A stretch of DNA of 63,566 nt from Phoronis australis (Eukaryota; Animalia; Phoronida). A program made the translations under genes and the position numbers. Positions 29,401 through 41,078 of the stretch are shown piece by piece. The stretch lies in contig NMRA01000084.1 of NCBI GenBank assembly GCA_002633005.1, forward strand, positions 899,267 through 962,832, given 5' to 3'. The stretch's first letter is position 1. Each line of letters starts with the position of its first letter. The notes beneath the pieces were generated by a model. The model was not told where the DNA came from. It saw only the letters and a program-made list of their open reading frames with translations, and made no database searches.

Positions 29401-32400
29401 AGTGTGGCATGTTGACTGACTTGTAAACAAAAGCAAACAACGACCGAACTTATCACAACAGAGGTAGATCAATGACTGACTCGACAGCTCTCATAGTCAG
29501 ACTATATGAAAAGAAATTCTTGCCTCCCAAAATGTCACTTCCGGAGTAGAGAACGAATAATTAATTAATTTACGAAAAGCTGTAATTAAATGAAAAATAT
29601 GTCTGGGATAACCAACGAACCTTATTTTTGCTAAAAAATGACATGAAAAAAGGTTGCCTTCGCCTTTAATAGGCCACTTTGTATAACTATAATGAGAATC
29701 TGGTTAAAAACANAACAAAATGACAACCACAGTTCACCAGCACTGAACTTCAGTAAACATGAAAATACATGAAAGACTGTAGTTTTCAAATGGTTCCTCT
29801 TTTTGTGACACATTATTTTAGTTGATGGAACTTTTTTGTCTTCTAAATTGTTGAATAATTAAGGAAAAATTCAACCACTCTCCTGTTTTTTACAACCTTA
29901 TTAAAATTTGACGGTTTCATTATACATGCAGTTAAAAAACAGCACCTTGATGACAAAGGCGCAATCTAGGGACTTAGGGTGTCAATACTCCTTAAAGGCA
30001 AAGGCAACCTTTTCCATGTCTTTTTTAGCAAAAATGATGTTCTTTGGTTATACCAGACATATTTTCCACTTAATTATAGCTTTTTGTAATTTAATTAATT
30101 ATTCGTTCTCTACTACAGAAGTGACGTTTTGGGAGGCAACAATTTCGCGCTTATTTCTTTTCATAAAGTCTGACTGCGAGAGCTGCTGAGTCGGTTGTTG
30201 TTCTACCTCGGTTGTGATAAGTTCGGTCGTCATTTGCTTTTGTTTACGAGTCAGTCAACATGCCACACTGTTGCTGCATAATGGGAGGAACTCATTATCG
30301 TCTCACGGACAGAGGAACAACTGTCCCACTTGCCCGAGTGTCCCGCGACACACTCCCGCTGGATAGTGACCTGAGCACACAAACTGCTTACCCCACCATG
30401 TGACTCCCTCACCACACCTGGTACCTTCTAAATAGCTCCAATACTTTAGACAAGTCCACAATAAACTTATCAAAGTTTGGCTCACCGATCTCTTCATTGA
30501 ACGACGAACTGTACTCTTCACTGGGCCTGTATTCACTCCCACTACTCAACACCGCAGCAGGACTGCTTACAGGCTTTGGGCCATGAGTACATCCCAGTAC
30601 GCAGCAACAGTGTGGCATGTTGACTGACTCGTAAACAAAAGCAAACAACGACCGAACTTATAACGACAGAGGTAGATCAATGACTGACTCGACAGCTCTC
30701 ATAGTCAGACTATATGAAAAGAAATTCTTGCCTCCCAAAATGTCACTTCCGGAGTAGAGAACGAATAATTAATTAATTTACGAAAAGCTGTAATTAAATG
30801 AAAAATATGTCTGGGATAACCAACGAACCTTATTTTTGCTAAAAAATGACATGAAAAAAGGTTGCCTTCGCCTTTAATAGGCCACTTTGTATAACTATAA
30901 TGAGAATCTGGTTAAAAACAGTGATTTTTGTCAACAAGCTTAATGCAGACTTGTTCAAATTTGCTAAGTAAACGTAAGAATGGCTTCTACAATGTAGTTT
31001 TGATATTGTAAAAGAGGAATAGAAAGTGTCCTCAATGTCTGTCTTGAGCTAGACCCCTTTGGACCCACACCTTCGACATGTCTCCTTCACACTGAAGCAT
31101 ATTACTGCCTTCTATGTCTGCCTTACCTTTCATTGTTAGTTGGAGATATATTGCTGGCCGACAACCTTTTTGGCGTACTTGAATTCTCCGGGCTGAAGGC
31201 AGGGTCCAAAGACTGTTTGTCATTTGTATATTCGACAAGCTCTGCTGTCCACACCGATTCCTCATGTGACCTAGTTTTCACACCGTTGCGCTCGTCGTCA
31301 CCCACCTCACTCACATCCATATCAAGACCTATATCGTCTTCCTTCAACCTGGATGGTATGATTTCACCATCAACATCAAACAGTGGACACCCGCTTTCAA
31401 CACCTTCTGTATTCTGTTCCTCCTGCTTGCTTAAACTATCATCTGAAAAAATACCAACTGAAGTTTTGTTCAATTCCAGACGATCAGCAGCAGACTCTGT
31501 TGGCATGATTGGCAAATCTGTCTCCAACTCCAGGCTGTCGGGAGACTGACCGGACTCTTGCTTCTCTTTGGAGCTTAGTATCACGTCTGTGACTTCTCTA
31601 GGACGCAGGGGGCGAGGATGCCCCTTTCGTTGTTTTCGATATGGCATGTGACGAAGTTTTGACACGGTGCTTCTGCCAATTGTATCCGTACACTTCTGGT
31701 TGCTGTTGATGGATGAGTACTCCAAAGGTAAACTATGGCGTGAGGCCTGCCATGGACTAGAGTCTGCTGGAATTTCATCTGAAATCACATTTAAAAACTT
31801 TGATCCAAATAATACCTCAAGCGTAATGTTAAATTCCTAGCCATTTATGTGTAACATAAATCATTTAAATTTAGCAAAACTGCACCCACAATCAACCCTG
31901 GCCCTTAAAATTGGATGCTCTTGCCTGATACATTTTCCATGTTTGAATAACAAGACACAGAGAACTTGTACAAGGCACATGCTACCACATGGACAGAATC
32001 TTGCTTCATTAGAAAGTGTGTTGCAACAAGTTAAAGCTGCACATGACAGAGATGACTGGGAAGTTAAGATGTGAAAATAGGACGTATTTGAAGAAAAGTT
32101 CCATATTATATATTTGTTAAAAGAAGAAACAATAATTACGTTAGTTAAATCATATGATTATTTGTCATCAAATCACCGTGACACCCAGAAACATGCTGTC
32201 AGCTCTAGATGTATTATCAAGAGACTCTTAAACTCCACAAGTTAGCTCACAACAGTTGTGGGGTATTAACCGTGTGTGTGTACTTTTTTGAGCCAACTAA
32301 GATGTTTTTTTTTAATTCCTTGTAAAGTTTCACCCTCTTTATCTATCTTTCCACTACATGAAGCCCAGTGAAATATGTTTTATTACGTTCTCAAAACTAT

Positions 32401-33343
32401 AACAGAAAATCTACAGAAGTGATAAGAAGGTACAAATTGAGGTGAAAAATGAAGTCTAAAATAGGTACATTCATGACATTTATAAGAACGAGAAAATATT
32501 TATTAAATTATGATACATTGATCATTTGTATACTGTTGAACCACACTACAAGGAACCTCTCTAGGACTTTCTAAAACATGCAGCTGAAGTTTGCTGAAAC
32601 CAAACCTAACCATATACAGTAGTGAAGGCTTAAGATTTTTAGAATGGAGAATTGAGCGAATTTTACAAACCAGATACGCTAAAACTTAGTTTGACAGTAA
32701 AGTTTCGACGTAGTAAAACTTGAACACGTGTAAGGGCTACTTTTATCCCACGATCTTCTCAAAAACGGCAGCACAGAATTTGCTCCAACAGGTATCAACT
32801 TTTATTCGGTAACCGACCATTTTTTAATTACAAACGATTTTTAGTCATGGAGGCTCTGCTGGGTGTTTTGTGTTCTGCGACTAAGCGTCATAAAACGGAA
32901 TGCCTATCTACACTGCTTGTACCTTACATTACTCTGCTTCCGAACTGCACAATCTCGAATGGTCACCTCACGGGTTAGCGCTAGTAATTAGAAAAAGTCA
33001 AGTTACTTTAGTTAATTGTAATGTTTTCCACCACTTGCAGTGATGAAAACAAAAAGATCTTAGGTTTGTGGCATCAAAACATCAACAGGACAATGCATTG
33101 TTTCCGAAATAATTGCGTGTGCGAAATAAGGAGTGTAGGAAATAAGTAGGAAATTAAGGAAAGCACACTAGTGACCTCTTACTGACCTTGAGTGAGTAAC
33201 ATGTGACCAAACACCTTGTATTCGGCAACTTTCAGATCTAACCAGGCCACAAAGTCAGACAGCAGAGCAGCTTGTGCTTTCAGGATCAGCTGGCAGAATT
33301 CCGTGCGTAACTGTCCAAGGTCCTCTACTGGCATGGCACACAT
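26489..33343 (-). CDS. Uncharacterised protein: helical N-terminus, acidic/Ser-rich linker and two C-terminal C2H2 zinc fingers (~353 aa)
   Basis: Exons 33343-33187 (MCAMPVEDLGQLRTEFCQLIL..TQ, phase 1; duplicate at 34035-33879), 31778-31127 (acidic, phase 2), 28235-28150 (phase 1) and 26655-26489 (SCEVCGKWISKGNMSRHMRHSH-LGETFD-CTLCGNSFRWQTSLRRHQLKIHKLDL*). All junctions are GT-AG and in frame. A probable non-coding first exon has its donor (G|GTAAGT) at 35364. Confidence 0.75.
28785..29665. mobile_element. Kolobok-like MITE (TTAA TSD, AGG..CCT ends, ~280-bp TIRs)
   Basis: TTAA|AGGCAAAGGCAACC..GGTTGCCTTCGCCT|TTAA. THAP-like start MPHCCC in both arms; internal KFIVDLSKVLELFR transposase-like remnant. 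Confidence 0.75.
29996..30873. mobile_element. Second copy of the Kolobok-like MITE (inside a gap-associated duplication)
   Basis: Same TTAA-flanked structure, near-identical to 28785-29665. Confidence 0.7.
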
Positions 33344-33403
33344 CCTGACTTGTTTGAAACTACAACTAAAGTGATAAGCATATGAGTGGGTGATGAAAAA
33401 TGC

Positions 33404-33755
33404 ATGCCTTGACATAGCCTTGGTACAAAGCTGCATGCTAAATATACATGCCTTGACATAGCCTTGGTACAAAGCTGCATGCTAAATATACATGCCTTGA
33501 CATAGCCTTGGTACAAAGCTGCATGCTAAATATACATGCCTTGACATAGCCTTGGTACAAAGCTGCATGCTAAATATACATGCCTTGACATAGCCTTGGT
33601 ACAAAGCTGCATGCTAAATATACATGCCTTGACATAGCCTTGGTACAAAGCTGCATGCTAAATATACATGCCTTGACATAGCCTTGGTACAAAGCTGCAT
33701 GCTAAATATACATGCCTTGACATAGCCTTGGTACAAAGCTGCATGCTAAATATAC
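33404..33755. repeat. Minisatellite, 44-bp unit x 8 (ends at an N gap)
   Basis: ATGCCTTGACATAGCCTTGGTACAAAGCTGCATGCTAAATATAC, identical copies. Confidence 0.9.
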
Positions 33756-34831
33756 NTGTGGCATCAAAACATCAACAGGACAATGCATTGTTTCCGAAAT
33801 AATTGCGTGGGTGAAATAAGGTGAGTGTAGGAAATAAGTAGGAAATTAAGGAAAGCACACTAGTGACCTCTTACTGACCTTGAGTGAGTAACATGTGACC
33901 AAACACCTTGTATTCGGCAACTTTCAGATCTAACCAGGCCACAAAGTCAGACAGCAGAACAGCTTGTGCTTTTAGGATCAGCTGGCAGAATTCCGTGCGT
34001 AACTGTCCAAGGTCCTCTACTGGCATGGCACACATCCTGACTTGTTTGAAACTACAACTAAAGTCATAAGCATATAAGTGGGTGATGAAAAATGCATGCC
34101 TTGACATAGCCTTCGTACAAAGCTGTATGCTAAATATACAGCTTTGCGCCCATGTGCGTAAAAATGTGGTAGGATGAAATCTGACACAAAATTAGTGTCA
34201 TTAAAACTTCAGTCTCCCTTGAGTAAACTAGATTATTTAACTGTGTAGGAAAAATGATGTTCTACCATTATTCTGCGGCTAAAGTTGTGGAGCGATCTTT
34301 AGTGACGGCTTTCGGCGCCATGAACTATTGCATCACCTATTGGCCTGTTTCTTTTTTAGACGATTCTGTTGTTCTTTCACGAGGTTGCGTACACAGAATT
34401 TTGATACCGAAAAACCGAATTTTAGAAGAAATTTTGCTGCTGCCAAGCTATCATCATCTCCCGAGAGATGTCTCAAAAATTTAGGAAATGGCGCGTACGC
34501 GTGTCACAAGCGTATTGTTTTCAAAACAATGACATAACTTTTCTTTGTTAGAAAAAGTGGAGGACTATGCAAGAAAATGATGTTTGTTACATTCTTTCTC
34601 ACTTAAACAGTTGTAACGGGCAAGGTGAGTGTCGGTCGACTCTCAGATTTTGCATGCACCCCGTCCTACATGTTGATACAGGTTTCACGGTGAGGTGATG
34701 AGCAGAACTACCCTGGCTGTGTGCAATTTCGGGGTCTACGGAAGAAAAACACACAGTGATACCTAGCTGTATTTTGACGATAGTCTTCATACAGCTAGCT
34801 GGCTGGCTAGCCTTGACAGTGCAAATAAGAA

Positions 34832-34998
34832 CAGTGGCGGATTTAGGCAAGGGGGCATAGCCCCCTCCACTAAAATTCTTCCACATTCCATTTGGCAGTT
34901 CGGTAGTGCGAATGACAGACGGGCAAAATCCTGGCTAATAAATACTCAGACTGTCTCTGCCCTGGCACCCCAAACTCAAAATCCTGGATCAACCCCTG
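34832..34998. mobile_element. 167-bp MITE, CAG..CTG ends, 5-bp TSD AAGAA
   Basis: AAGAA|CAGTGGCGGAT..GATCAACCCCTG|AAGAA; internal ATTCCATTTGGCAGTT..GCAAAATCCTGGCTAATA shared with 20924-21089. Confidence 0.7.
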
Positions 34999-35363
34999 AA
35001 GAACACAACAGTTATATTCTATGTTTGACTTAAAGAGCAGCTTGATGAGGTATACACACTTTTATTTGGATTTGAGACATCTGAAGTGCTTTCATCCATA
35101 CAGCTTTAAGTGTCAAACCATTTTGTAACAGCGTAATGAATCAGCCATGGATGGTGAGATGCGAACGCCTGCGGCAGTGCGGGGCAAAGACAAAAGTTCT
35201 GTTTTTGAGAAAGACAGAAGCCAGGCTTGGGACTTTTATTGCCCGCTATTGTTAACTGTGTTAAAAAATTAATCTTAACCAATACAAACAATGTGGAGAA
35301 ATCAGATAACCGACCAAAGTCGTTTCACAAGTGAATTGATTTTACTCACAGATTTTCACTTAC

Positions 35364-35700
35364 CGTGCGAAATCCCTTGTTTTTCAATGCGCACTGGCAG
35401 TAACAATGTTATCAATCGAACACTTTCAATTTATCATCAAGTTTTTTGTTTTATGTGCATAATACTATGCACTTCAACATTTTTTTTTCAGTCAAGGTAC
35501 AGAAAAAAATATGATCGCCTATCTAAGTATGAAATACCAAATGAAATAAGCTCAAACAATAGAGGGTGCTGTACTAATATGTTACTGTAGCGTTACACGC
35601 GCTATCGGCCGTTGTCTTGTTCATTTGCTTAGATTTTTCGTCTTTCAATTAAAAAAAGCTCATTTAAAGTGCAGAAATCAGGAAGATTTTAAATACAGAA
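35364..35700. promoter_or_regulatory. Putative bidirectional promoter between the zinc-finger gene and POLDIP3
   Basis: Minus-strand donor G|GTAAGT at 35364 lies only ~340 bp from the POLDIP3 ATG; head-to-head arrangement. Confidence 0.5.
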
Positions 35701-36924
35701 ATGCAAAGAAACGGTAGTGGTGGACGCAGAAACGGTAATGCTCACAGTCGTTTAGGATTCCAGCCTGCAAGAGTGAAGAGTGCGCAGTTTCAGTTTGGAA
35801 AGAAAAATGACGTTCGAGAAAAATTATCATTTCGAAGAAAAAAACAGATAAACGACGCTAGAGATGAAATTGCTAAGAAAGCGAAATTTGTTGACGCAAG
35901 AGTTCGCATTCAAAATTCAAAGTTAGTGAATAAACCTTTGGATGCACGTGACCGTATAAAGCCAAAACAAACCCAACAAGGAAACGTTACAGTTAGCGCT
36001 CCTCAATCAGGAAGGGGTGAACAGAAAGTAATGGTGACTGGTCTTGGCCGAGTCCATCATGTGGCGGGTAACATAGTGGTGGATACACCACCCCAAGGTG
36101 GCCATCAAGTGTTTGCTAACTCCAACAGCATTATTGTGACTACCCCGAATAATTTAGATCACACTGTGCAGAGCTATTCCACAGACTATCAACCCAGAGC
36201 CAAGTTGCCCAGAGTTATGATCCGAAATGATATGTATCAGCAGCCAAAGCCAAAACCTATTGCCCCTCGCATTGCTCCTCCAGCAGCTGAATCTAAACCT
36301 TCTCGCCTTAAGCCACCACCTATCTTACCCCCGAGAAAGGCTCCTGCTCAAACAGTGCGTGTCACATCCCTCCCTCCTGCTCCAGTGTCTGTGCCGCTGA
36401 AGGTCTCTGTACCGATCAAGCCTGCCGCATCACAAGTTTCTGCTGATAAATCACCAGCAATGCATTTGGAGGATTATTACACTATGCTCTCTAGTACAGA
36501 GCCCGTTGAAAGTGTTCCAGACATAGTCAGTCCACTCCAAGGATTTCGAGTAATGGTTACCAACTTGCACCCGGCGGTCACCCAGGAAGATGTTGTGGAG
36601 TTATTCAGCGACATTGGTGCCTTGAAGAGAGCCAGGATCTTAAAACGAGGCATAGCTGAAGTAGTCTTTGTGAGGCGGCAGGATGCGGTCATGGCAGTTA
36701 AAAGATACCATAACCGAGAACTTGATGGAATGCCAATGCTTCTCAAGCTGAGTGGGGTTGCAGCCAAAGCAACTAATAAGAGCCCTGCTGAGCCTCAGGT
36801 TCAAGAAAGCTCTGTGGCGAAGACATCTGATGTTGACTTATCTGTGATTCACAAGGCACTATTCAAGACCATGTCAAATTCAGATGTCCCTGCTAAGCCA
36901 GTCACTTTCACTATCAAAATCTAG
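35701..36924 (+). CDS. POLDIP3: Polymerase delta-interacting protein 3 (SKAR), RRM protein, intronless CDS
   Basis: 407-aa ORF with N-terminal DAR-type repeats (DVREKL, DARDEI, DARVRI, DARDRI), an RRM (VTNLHPAVTQEDVVELFSDIGALKRAR..GIAEVVFVRRQDA..YHNRELDGMPM) and a C-terminal IHKALFK..VTFTIKI, as in POLDIP3. Confidence 0.9.
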   Translation: MQRNGSGGRRNGNAHSRLGFQPARVKSAQFQFGKKNDVREKLSFRRKKQINDARDEIAKKAKFVDARVRIQNSKLVNKPLDARDRIKPKQTQQGNVTVSAPQSGRGEQKVMVTGLGRVHHVAGNIVVDTPPQGGHQVFANSNSIIVTTPNNLDHTVQSYSTDYQPRAKLPRVMIRNDMYQQPKPKPIAPRIAPPAAESKPSRLKPPPILPPRKAPAQTVRVTSLPPAPVSVPLKVSVPIKPAASQVSADKSPAMHLEDYYTMLSSTEPVESVPDIVSPLQGFRVMVTNLHPAVTQEDVVELFSDIGALKRARILKRGIAEVVFVRRQDAVMAVKRYHNRELDGMPMLLKLSGVAAKATNKSPAEPQVQESSVAKTSDVDLSVIHKALFKTMSNSDVPAKPVTFTIKI

Positions 36925-37099
36925 CTCTGATTTCCTTCCGTTAACGCGTAACTGATAAGTTTTTCATGTAACTCAAATATTAATAAGTCGAGCATTGTCT
37001 TAAAATAGGCATGTATTTACCTTCTGCTAGAAGTAAGTTTTGGTGAAGGCCACTCTCTGCAAGACAAATTTGTGTTGATACCTTTTTAGCAATTGTCAA

Positions 37100-37180
37100 T
37101 TACAGTGGTTCCACATTTTGAGAATCAGTTTGATGTCCATTGTTACAGAGAAAACTGATTCTCAAAATACAGGACCCCTA
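37100..37180. repeat. Short dispersed hairpin repeat; copies at ~42763-42843 and ~61188-61245
   Basis: ATTTTGAGAATCAGTTT (37115-37131) pairs with AAACTGATTCTCAAAAT (37152-37168). Confidence 0.65.
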
Positions 37181-39033
37181 TAAGTGACGATTACCAACTT
37201 TTTCTTCATTCAAATGAGGAGAGATATCTGGGCTTGGGTACAACTGGCAGGTTGTTACTGCGCGAGAGCAGACTCGATAATTAGTGTTGACCCGGTCATT
37301 TCGGTAGAAGGCGGTTTCATAGCAACTCGGCATTTTGGTTCTAATCTGTGTAGGGTTGTCTTACTCTGGACCCCCTCAGTCTGGCTGTGTCTGACTTATG
37401 CAAGTTTTACTGTTGATTTATCATCATGGGGAATACAGTAACCAGGAAGCGAATACTTTCACATGATTTATGATGTTTTCCAACGTGATTTTAAAATGAA
37501 TTGTTCAAGATTTCAGCAATCTAAACATTGCATTATAAAATTGACATCTCAGCCTACAAACTAGCACCCGTTCAGTCCCCGAGGATCACAATCTGGTGGT
37601 ACTTTGAGCATGTTTTACCCCAGGCCTACAAAAAATTGGTCTCCCCAGGCGAATTCCTCGTCACAATGTTTGTGAACTGTAACTTACTACATTAAGTGTC
37701 TCGAGTTGTTTACTTCAATTTTTAAATTGCAGATCTGGGACACATCAACTACACTGCACAAGTGTGACAGAAAAATGCCATTTTATCAATAGAGCACATT
37801 TTCTAGGTCTCCGGGTCATTAGACGTATTATAGGTTCACCCTTATATTATGTTTGGTTTAGTCAGGCCGGCATGGATTTTGGAAACTGTTGGTGACGTTT
37901 TATGCAAAGGGTACTATAGTGGCGTTGATGATTACACCAACTATGCTTGTGGGTATTTCCAATGGTGTGCGTTGAAGTCCTCATTTTCAAAGCACAAGGA
38001 CATTTGTTGCAAGTCGTTAAACAAAAAGCTGGTTACATTCTGTGGACAAAAGCCTGACTCTTTCTAATCCTAAAACGGCATTAATTATATTTTCTTCTCA
38101 GTTAAAACACGCATGTACTTTTGCAATTATTTTCCGGTAAAACACCAAAAGCATGTTTTGCTACTTGATCCTTCCTGGTACTGTCTCTCTGGTGTCATTT
38201 TCTACATTACAGTTCTTTTAGTTGTTGATTGATAATCTCTCTTTTCAGTTATTGTCATCCATGCTAAATATAATTCTCTTCTTGATCAAGTATTATTGGC
38301 AATGTTATTTTCTTTACAGAGTGGTGTAACAGACTGAGTTGCTTTTAACATGAATATTTTGTGACTAAAATTAAGGTAAATGTCTGTGTTGATTGTGTTG
38401 AAACCCAGTCAGCCTGTTAGAAATTCTTATGTATTTAGATGTAGTCATATAGGGTTTCATTCAACTTTACAAGTTCCTGCATTAAGATCGTAAACCATAG
38501 ATTAATAACTCTCCGATGCGTCATGTTGAACATTGCAGAGGGCACTCTTGTGGCATGTGGAATAGAGCACCATCTGGCTTTATCTTGGGTCATTTGAGAA
38601 ATTTTGCTAGCAAAAGCAATATATTTCCCTGTGACTGAAGCCAAGAAAGTAACTGCAAAAAAGTGTGATTCGCTGTAATGTGCAGTCAGAATTTACAGTA
38701 ATTCATGACTGAATGTCTTGGACTTTTCTATATTGTTTTAAACCTGGAAACAGTGAATTTGACAAGCAATGTCTCTTGAAAGCCAAGTATTTTCACTGTC
38801 ATGGTCGAGGTTAAGTAGTGTCATTCCAGTGTGCCCCTGATTGACATTATACTCTGAACTCGTGGTTGATCTTTTGGTCAATTGCCGTTGCCGTTTCATG
38901 ACTGATTGTCCCGGGGGGCTTACCACTAATGCAAACAGTGTCTACTCATTAGTCGTTGATAGCTTGTCTTTAAGGCAACTTACTCCTTGCGAGCAATTTG
39001 TTCATTGAGTCGCACATGCAGACGTTTGGTTTG

Positions 39034-39584
39034 GGGCTGTTCCAGTAAAATCTGTTTGGGAGGCGTGGAAGACACCTTTTTTTCGCACCCACCACCCATA
39101 TTTTTCATTTATATCTTCAGCCCGCCACCTGTATTTTTTTATAAGTTTGAAATGCAACCACCCGTAATTTTTTTTGTTCTTGTGGTTGACTGCACAGGCA
39201 CTTGAGTTTATCTGTTCCTTGATCATGACTGACGTCATTCATCACTAAGAAAACATATGTTTCTTATATATGGTTATTAGCCATTGAGAAATTGGAGCTC
39301 CTGTGGTTGACTGGTGTTATGGGCATGGGGAGGGAGTAAAAAAGTCGGAGCTTTTTGCAAGTTGCGTTTTTATTTTAGTTGTTGATTCTGTGCGGATTGT
39401 TTATAAAACTTACTGAAATTACCCACCATCAAACATTTTTGACACAATGAAACAACAACGACCTGTAAATTTATTTTTTTGAAGTATGACCACCAGCCAT
39501 TTTGAATTTAAATCAAATGCAACCACCCATATTTTTTATTTCAATTGCCTCCCCCCCCCTTCACGGATTTTACTGGAACAGCCC
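39034..39584. mobile_element. MITE with 19-bp perfect TIR (PIF/Harbinger-like)
   Basis: GGGCTGTTCCAGTAAAATC ... GATTTTACTGGAACAGCCC, flanked by TTG and TTA. Confidence 0.65.
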
Positions 39585-39814
39585 TTACTGGTGTATGTAT
39601 TTTTGTGTAGTTAAGACTGGCTATATAGAAAGTGGTCGAGAATGGGGAATTGTTCATTTTGTTAAATATCCATTGTTTAGCAGCAGAAGCCAATCCAAAT
39701 TATTAGAGGTATTTATTTTGTGTTCTGAATTACTGCCAGCACCTATTTTCACTGCAGTGTTTATCTAGCAGCGTCGATCGCAAGACACATTTTTCAAATC
39801 TTGTGCTGTTTATT

Positions 39815-41078
39815 GCTAGTTTTATTAACGTCATCTCAGTCTGCCCGGGTAGTGGGCGTCTGCAGCTGTATTTCCTAAACCCTTCACAGGATCTTTATGA
39901 GATTTGGCAGATGTGTTCCTATGAAGCTGACGACNATTTAAATCAAATGCAACCACCCATATTTTTTATTTCAATTGCCTCCCCCCCCCTTCACGGATTT
40001 TACTGGAACAGCCCTTACTGGTGTATGTATTTTTGTGTAGTTAAGACTGGCTATATAGAAAGTGGTCGAGAATGGGGTATTGTTCATTTTGTTAAATATC
40101 CATTGTTTAGCAGCAGAAGCCAATCCAAATTATTAGAGGTATTTATTTTGTGTTCTGAATTACTGCCAGCACCTATTTTCACTGCAGTGTTTATCTTGCA
40201 GCGTCGATCGCAAGACACATTTTTCAAATCTTGTGCTGTTTATTGCTAGTTTTATTAACGTCATCTCAGTCTGCCCGGGTAGTGGGCATCTGCAGCTGTA
40301 TCTCCTAAACCCTTCACAGGATCTTTATGAGATTTGGCAGATGTGTTCCTATGAAGCTGACGACGAATTTCGGACGGATCTAACTACCAGTGTGCCCTGT
40401 AGCAGCAGTTTTATTATTTTTTTTGATGTTTACTTCTGTAGCTTCAAAGGTTCTCGACGGATTTTCATGAAATTGGGCATCTAGGCATCTTTTAATGAGA
40501 TGACACTATCTTTACGTTTTTGTGTATTTTGTGCCTCCTAGTGGCCATTTATACCGTTTTCGTCTCTGTGTTTAGCGTCCACCCCTCTATCAACCAAACC
40601 ACTTTAAGAATGATTGCAAAAGTTGGCATACATGTTCATACTGTGAACTAGAGGACGGTTGACGATGATTTTCTGACGACTTCAACTACTGTGTCACCTC
40701 CTAGTGGCAGTTTTTTTGCCCATAGCTGTATCTCCTAAACCCAGTGCAGGATCTTTATTAAAGTTAGCAAGTGTATTTACATGAAGTTGATAATGGGCCA
40801 CGACGACTTTCAGACAGATCCTATGAACGCTGTGCCCTCCAGTTGCTATTTCATTCTTTTTCTGTTTTCCTGTTTCTCCGAAGTTCCTTGATGGATTTTT
40901 ATGAACTTGGTAAATATATTTCTATTAAAGAAACCATGACATGTTCCCATTTTCGGATGGATTTGACTTTTTTGTGCCATCTAGTGGCCATTTTTATGAT
41001 ACAAATAAATACCCCTTCAAGCACGCTGTTTGCAATGCATGGTGGGTGCATTTCAGCGCTCTGCGTTGCTCTTGTTTA
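39815..41078. repeat. Interspersed repeat with degenerate internal tandem units; related copy at ~9513-10200
   Basis: Shared blocks GCTGTATCTCCTAAACC, CCTCCTAGTGGC and TCTATCAACCAAA.CACT.TAAGAAT. Confidence 0.45.

Noticed and set aside
33879-34035. Mutually exclusive duplicated first exon of the zinc-finger gene
   Set aside because: The duplication is centred on an N gap like three others and is most likely an allelic overlap.
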